NCBI GenBank assembly: GCA_002719695.1
Contig: PBEQ01000016.1
Coordinates: 1 to 57,467 of the forward strand
DNA from: a bacterium
GTDB lineage: Bacteria; Margulisbacteria; Marinamargulisbacteria; GCA-2716485; GCA-002719695
Direction of reading: 5' to 3'
Length of the DNA: 57,467 nt
The notes beneath the pieces are model-generated. The model was not told the DNA's origin. It made no database searches and saw only the letters and a program-made list of their open reading frames with translations. Both the position numbers and the translations under genes were made by a program. Shown in pieces: positions 54,177 through 57,467 of the stretch; the stretch's first letter is position 1, and each line of letters begins with the position of its first letter.

Positions 54177-57008
54177 TTATACGTTTGTTGACATTAATGT
54201 TGTGCAGGTACAAATAAGTTGTCGATCTCCATGTGCTTGGTTAACACGTGATATCGTTGGCCAAAATTTATTATGTTTTAGTGATTCAACAGGAAATGCT
54301 GCTTTTTCTCTAGTATAGGGGTAGGGCCAATGATCAGAACATAGTTCTTGTTGAGTATGTGGTGCATTTTTTAAAACATTATTTTCTTTGTCGGCTACTT
54401 GGTTACTAATTTCTTGAATTTCATGAAAAATAGCGATCATAGCATCACAAAAGCGATTAATTTCAGTTAGTGATTCTGATTCTGTTGGTTCGATCATTAA
54501 GGTACCATTAACTGGCCATGATAGTGTGGGTGCATGAAATGAATAATCAATAAGGCGTTTTGCAATATCTTCAACGGTTATATTGGCTTGTGGTTTAAAC
54601 TGTCTGCAATCAATAATTAATTCATGAGCAACATGATTTGTATTTCCAGTGAATAAAATGGGGTAATAAGGTTCTAATTTTGCTTTAATGTAGTTTGCCT
54701 TTAAAATAGCGTATTTACTGGCCAGTGAAAGGCCTTCATGACCCATTAGTCCGATGTAGGCATAGGATATTAATAAAATACTTGCAGAGCTAAATGGAGC
54801 GGCAGCAACACTGTTAGAATTGCTTTTTGTAAGTGAAAATGATGGTAAGAATTTAGCAAGATGTTTTTTAACACAAATTGGACCCATTCCTGGACCACCA
54901 CCTCCGTGAGGGATCGCAAAGGTTTTGTGTAAATTAATATGACAGACATCGGCATTGATAATACCTGGACTTGTAAGGCCAACTTGTGCATTGAGATTTG
55001 CACCATCTAAATAGACCTGTCCTCCATGATCATGAACAATGGAGCATATCTGCTTAACATTTTCTTCAAATACACCGTGAGTTGAGGGGTAGGTAATCAT
55101 TAATAATGCAATTTGCTTAGAAAATTGATCACATTTTTTTTGTAAATCAGCGATATCAATATCTCCTTTTTCATTACACTTAATAGGAACAACCTCTAGA
55201 CCTGCCATAACAGCACTCGCAGGATTTGTTCCGTGAGCAGACGTAGGGATTAAGGCAATATTACGGTTAAATTGATTATTTGATTCATGGTAGCGTTTAA
55301 TCGCTATAATACCAGCATATTCTCCTTGAGCTCCTGAATTTGGCTGAAATGAGACATCATCAAAATCTGTAATGTCACATAGCCATTGTCCTAATTGATT
55401 AATTATTTCAGTGTAGCCCTTGTAGTTTTTTTTATCCGTAAAGGGATGAATATGAGCAATTTTTGGGAAACTTAAAGGCATCATTTCAATGGCTGCGTTA
55501 AGTTTCATTGTGCATGATCCTAAGGGGATCATACCTGTAGCAAGTGAATAATCTTTATTTTCTAACTGTTTCATATAACGCATTAAATCTGTTTCATTAT
55601 GATAATTATTAAAAATGGGTTGAGTCATAAATGTTAGCGGTCTTAGGTCTACTTTAATTGGTATTGTATTAGAAAATGTATATGTTTTACCTAAGGATTT
55701 ACTAATGCTATCACAAATAGTTCTACAGTGATTTTCTGAATGAGTTTCATCAAAAGCAATGGAAATATACTTGGGATGATATAGATTAAGTTCAATATTA
55801 CGATTTTCACATTCTTTTTTAATAGCTAACCGTAGAGTTTTATCAGAACATTCAAATGTTACGGTATCAAAAAAATTAGTTGATTTTACTGTTAAACCGA
55901 GCTCTAATAACTGTTTTTCACATAATCGGGCAAGCTGGTGAATCGTATTGGCAATGGATTGTAATCCTTTTGACCCATGATAAACGGCATACATGCCTGC
56001 CATAATTGCTAATAGTGCTTGTGATGTACAGATGTTAGAAGTCGCTTTTTCTTTTCTGATATGCTGTTCTCGGGTTTGTAGTGCCATTCGAAGTGCTTTG
56101 TTATTAAATTTATCGATACTTTCTCCAATAATTCTTCCTGGAATTTGACGACTGTATGATTCGGTTGTTGCAAAAAAAGCAGCGTGAGGTCCCCCAAATC
56201 CTAGAGGGATTCCAAACCGTTGAGAGGACCCAATACAAATATCAGCGGTGTATTGGGGTTGGTTAAAACATAAATAGAGTAAATCGGTTGCATGGATTGT
56301 TGGAATTTGTTGTTCTTTTGCTTTCTGAATAAGCGTTGAATAGCAATTGCTTTCACCAAAACGATTTGGAGACTGATAAAGTAGTCCAAAAAGTGTTGTA
56401 TCTAATGTTTCAACATTAGGATCAATTTCTTTAATGATTATTCCTAAATGTGTTGCTCGTGTTTTTAAAACAGCTAATGTTTGGGGGTAAATATCAGGCG
56501 TGATACCAAAGGTGTTTTTTGCTGTTTGGTTTTTTGCTTGGGTACGATATAGCATTTGCATGGCTTCTGCAGCTGCGGTTGCCTCATCAAGCAGGGATGC
56601 GTTTGCTATGGGTAATGATGTTAGTTCACAAATCATGGTTTGAAAGTTTAATAATGCTTCTAGGCGACCTTGAGAAATTTCAGCTTGATAGGGGGTGTAC
56701 TGGGTATACCATCCTGGATTTTCAAAAATATTTCGTTGGATTACCGGTGGGGTTATGGATTTAAAATAGCCTAGTCCAATATGAGAAATACAGGGCTTAT
56801 TTTTTTTTGCTAAGGATGTAATGTGCTGTAAAAATGTATAATCTGATTCAAAGGCATTAATTGCTAAAGGAGTTTCTTTACGGATTGATGATGGAATGGT
56901 TTCCTTAATAAGTGTATCAACAGAATCGACTCCGATAGCAGTACACATTGTAGTGATGTCTTCCTGAGAATCAGGAAGATGATTTTTAATGAATTTAGCT
57001 TGCTTCAT
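54177..57008 (-). CDS. gcvP: Glycine dehydrogenase (decarboxylating), single-chain P-protein
   Basis: 943 aa. PLP-lysine motif NLHKTFAIPHGGGGPG. Confidence 0.96.
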   Translation of the reverse strand: MKQAKFIKNHLPDSQEDITTMCTAIGVDSVDTLIKETIPSSIRKETPLAINAFESDYTFLQHITSLAKKNKPCISHIGLGYFKSITPPVIQRNIFENPGWYTQYTPYQAEISQGRLEALLNFQTMICELTSLPIANASLLDEATAAAEAMQMLYRTQAKNQTAKNTFGITPDIYPQTLAVLKTRATHLGIIIKEIDPNVETLDTTLFGLLYQSPNRFGESNCYSTLIQKAKEQQIPTIHATDLLYLCFNQPQYTADICIGSSQRFGIPLGFGGPHAAFFATTESYSRQIPGRIIGESIDKFNNKALRMALQTREQHIRKEKATSNICTSQALLAIMAGMYAVYHGSKGLQSIANTIHQLARLCEKQLLELGLTVKSTNFFDTVTFECSDKTLRLAIKKECENRNIELNLYHPKYISIAFDETHSENHCRTICDSISKSLGKTYTFSNTIPIKVDLRPLTFMTQPIFNNYHNETDLMRYMKQLENKDYSLATGMIPLGSCTMKLNAAIEMMPLSFPKIAHIHPFTDKKNYKGYTEIINQLGQWLCDITDFDDVSFQPNSGAQGEYAGIIAIKRYHESNNQFNRNIALIPTSAHGTNPASAVMAGLEVVPIKCNEKGDIDIADLQKKCDQFSKQIALLMITYPSTHGVFEENVKQICSIVHDHGGQVYLDGANLNAQVGLTSPGIINADVCHINLHKTFAIPHGGGGPGMGPICVKKHLAKFLPSFSLTKSNSNSVAAAPFSSASILLISYAYIGLMGHEGLSLASKYAILKANYIKAKLEPYYPILFTGNTNHVAHELIIDCRQFKPQANITVEDIAKRLIDYSFHAPTLSWPVNGTLMIEPTESESLTEINRFCDAMIAIFHEIQEISNQVADKENNVLKNAPHTQQELCSDHWPYPYTREKAAFPVESLKHNKFWPTISRVNQAHGDRQLICTCTTLMSTNV

Positions 57009-57207
57009 TGTTGTCTCCTTGTAGTTTTAAAATTATACCATTATCTACCACAATGGGGATGTTATGAGGGGCTTTTTTTTGAACAAATACCGCATTGATT
57101 TTTTTTCCAATTTCTATAGGAGTTGGCGCTAGTTTAAAAACAGTTTTACTAGCATCATTAAATAATAGTGACATTATATTTTGGTAGGTTTCAGGAAAGT
57201 GTTTCAT
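56995..57207 (-). CDS. Questionable small ORF upstream of gcvP
   Basis: 70 aa, overlapping the gcvP start by 14 nt. No motif recognised. The same frame continues upstream without a start codon and is then broken by stops. Confidence 0.2.
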   Translation of the reverse strand: MKHFPETYQNIMSLLFNDASKTVFKLAPTPIEIGKKINAVFVQKKAPHNIPIVVDNGIILKLQGDNNEAS

Positions 57208-57467
57208 AATTAAAGAGCATAACGCAAATGATTGTTTACATGATACGCTGGTGATCGTTTTGTTTAAAATTAAATGTTCTATTGTTGTTAAGTAGTTTGA
57301 TTGTTCATCAGTAAGATAGATTCCAAGAGATAGACAGTCTGGAAGTTTAATTGATGATAGAATTGTACAGGTTTCTTCATCTAAGTATTCTAAAATAAGA
57401 TGGCAATGAGATTTTAGCGGCTTTTTTGTTACTTCTTGAAGAATAAATAAACATTCAGATACTTGAA

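Noticed and set aside
804-56764. Short ORFs (61-103 aa) nested in or antisense to large conserved genes. Examples: 804-1115, 1263-1526, 4103-4330, 4378-4602, 5321-5563, 6172-6396, 7042-7308, 8243-8449, 9975-10160, 18186-18377, 18549-18812, 19432-19686, 21714-21992, 22216-22419, 31513-31731, 31665-31853, 33107-33370, 38941-39156, 41354-41545, 44758-44955, 45428-45628, 46759-46968, 50452-50664, 50825-51067, 52397-52621, 53746-53949, 54770-55006, 56009-56389, 56519-56764.
   Set aside because: Each lies wholly or largely inside a longer ORF with clear family motifs on the same or opposite strand. Their products are low-complexity, Ile/Leu/Phe/Lys-rich translations typical of shadow ORFs in AT-rich DNA.
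1-57467. CRISPR arrays, rRNA, tmRNA/RNase P/SRP RNA, IS elements, prophage or known defence-system genes
   Set aside because: Scanning the intergenic regions and all ORF translations gave no spaced direct-repeat arrays, no transposase, integrase or reverse-transcriptase motifs, and no nuclease or helicase genes beyond uvrB.

Overview
AT-rich, very gene-dense bacterial chromosomal window: about 50 CDS, one tRNA-Cys, no rRNA, no CRISPR, and no recognisable transposase, integrase or phage genes. Lipoboxes, beta-barrel-like outer-membrane proteins, ClpS-ClpA, single-chain GcvP and ZnuAB-like genes point to a diderm organism, but I cannot assign a taxon. All homology calls come from motifs read by eye in the supplied translations, not from searches. 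Housekeeping backbone: htpG, uvrB, accC-nusB-ribE-ribBA-ribH, lexA, parAB, purB, infA, aroE, nadB, leuS, clpS-clpA, fabD, gcvP. Unusual content: (1) An 8.2-kb co-directional minus-strand cluster (16028-24227) is my best candidate for an undescribed system. It encodes a FAAL-ACP fusion, an acyl-ACP-reductase-like NAD(P) protein, a polytopic PP2C phosphatase and two paralogous STAS/GHKL-like pairs. It ends in lexA, translationally coupled at the position where partner-switching operons normally carry a sigma factor. (2) A ~140-nt non-coding element with terminal inverted repeats occurs twice (34321-34456, 53979-54121). It could be a structured RNA or a MITE. (3) Tandem lipoprotein paralogs, one with an intact HExxH...E zinc site and one with a degenerate site. 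(4) A metal-uptake cluster with His-rich membrane and outer-membrane proteins plus ZnuA/ZnuB-like genes but no ATPase. (5) A secreted 1025-aa coiled-coil protein with C-terminal SLH-like motifs. (6) Smaller oddities: a degenerate FdhD-like gene behind a second PP2C, a non-canonical ParB next to tRNA-Cys, a tandem duplication of the leuS 3' end, and G/C homopolymer tracts in two surface-related genes.
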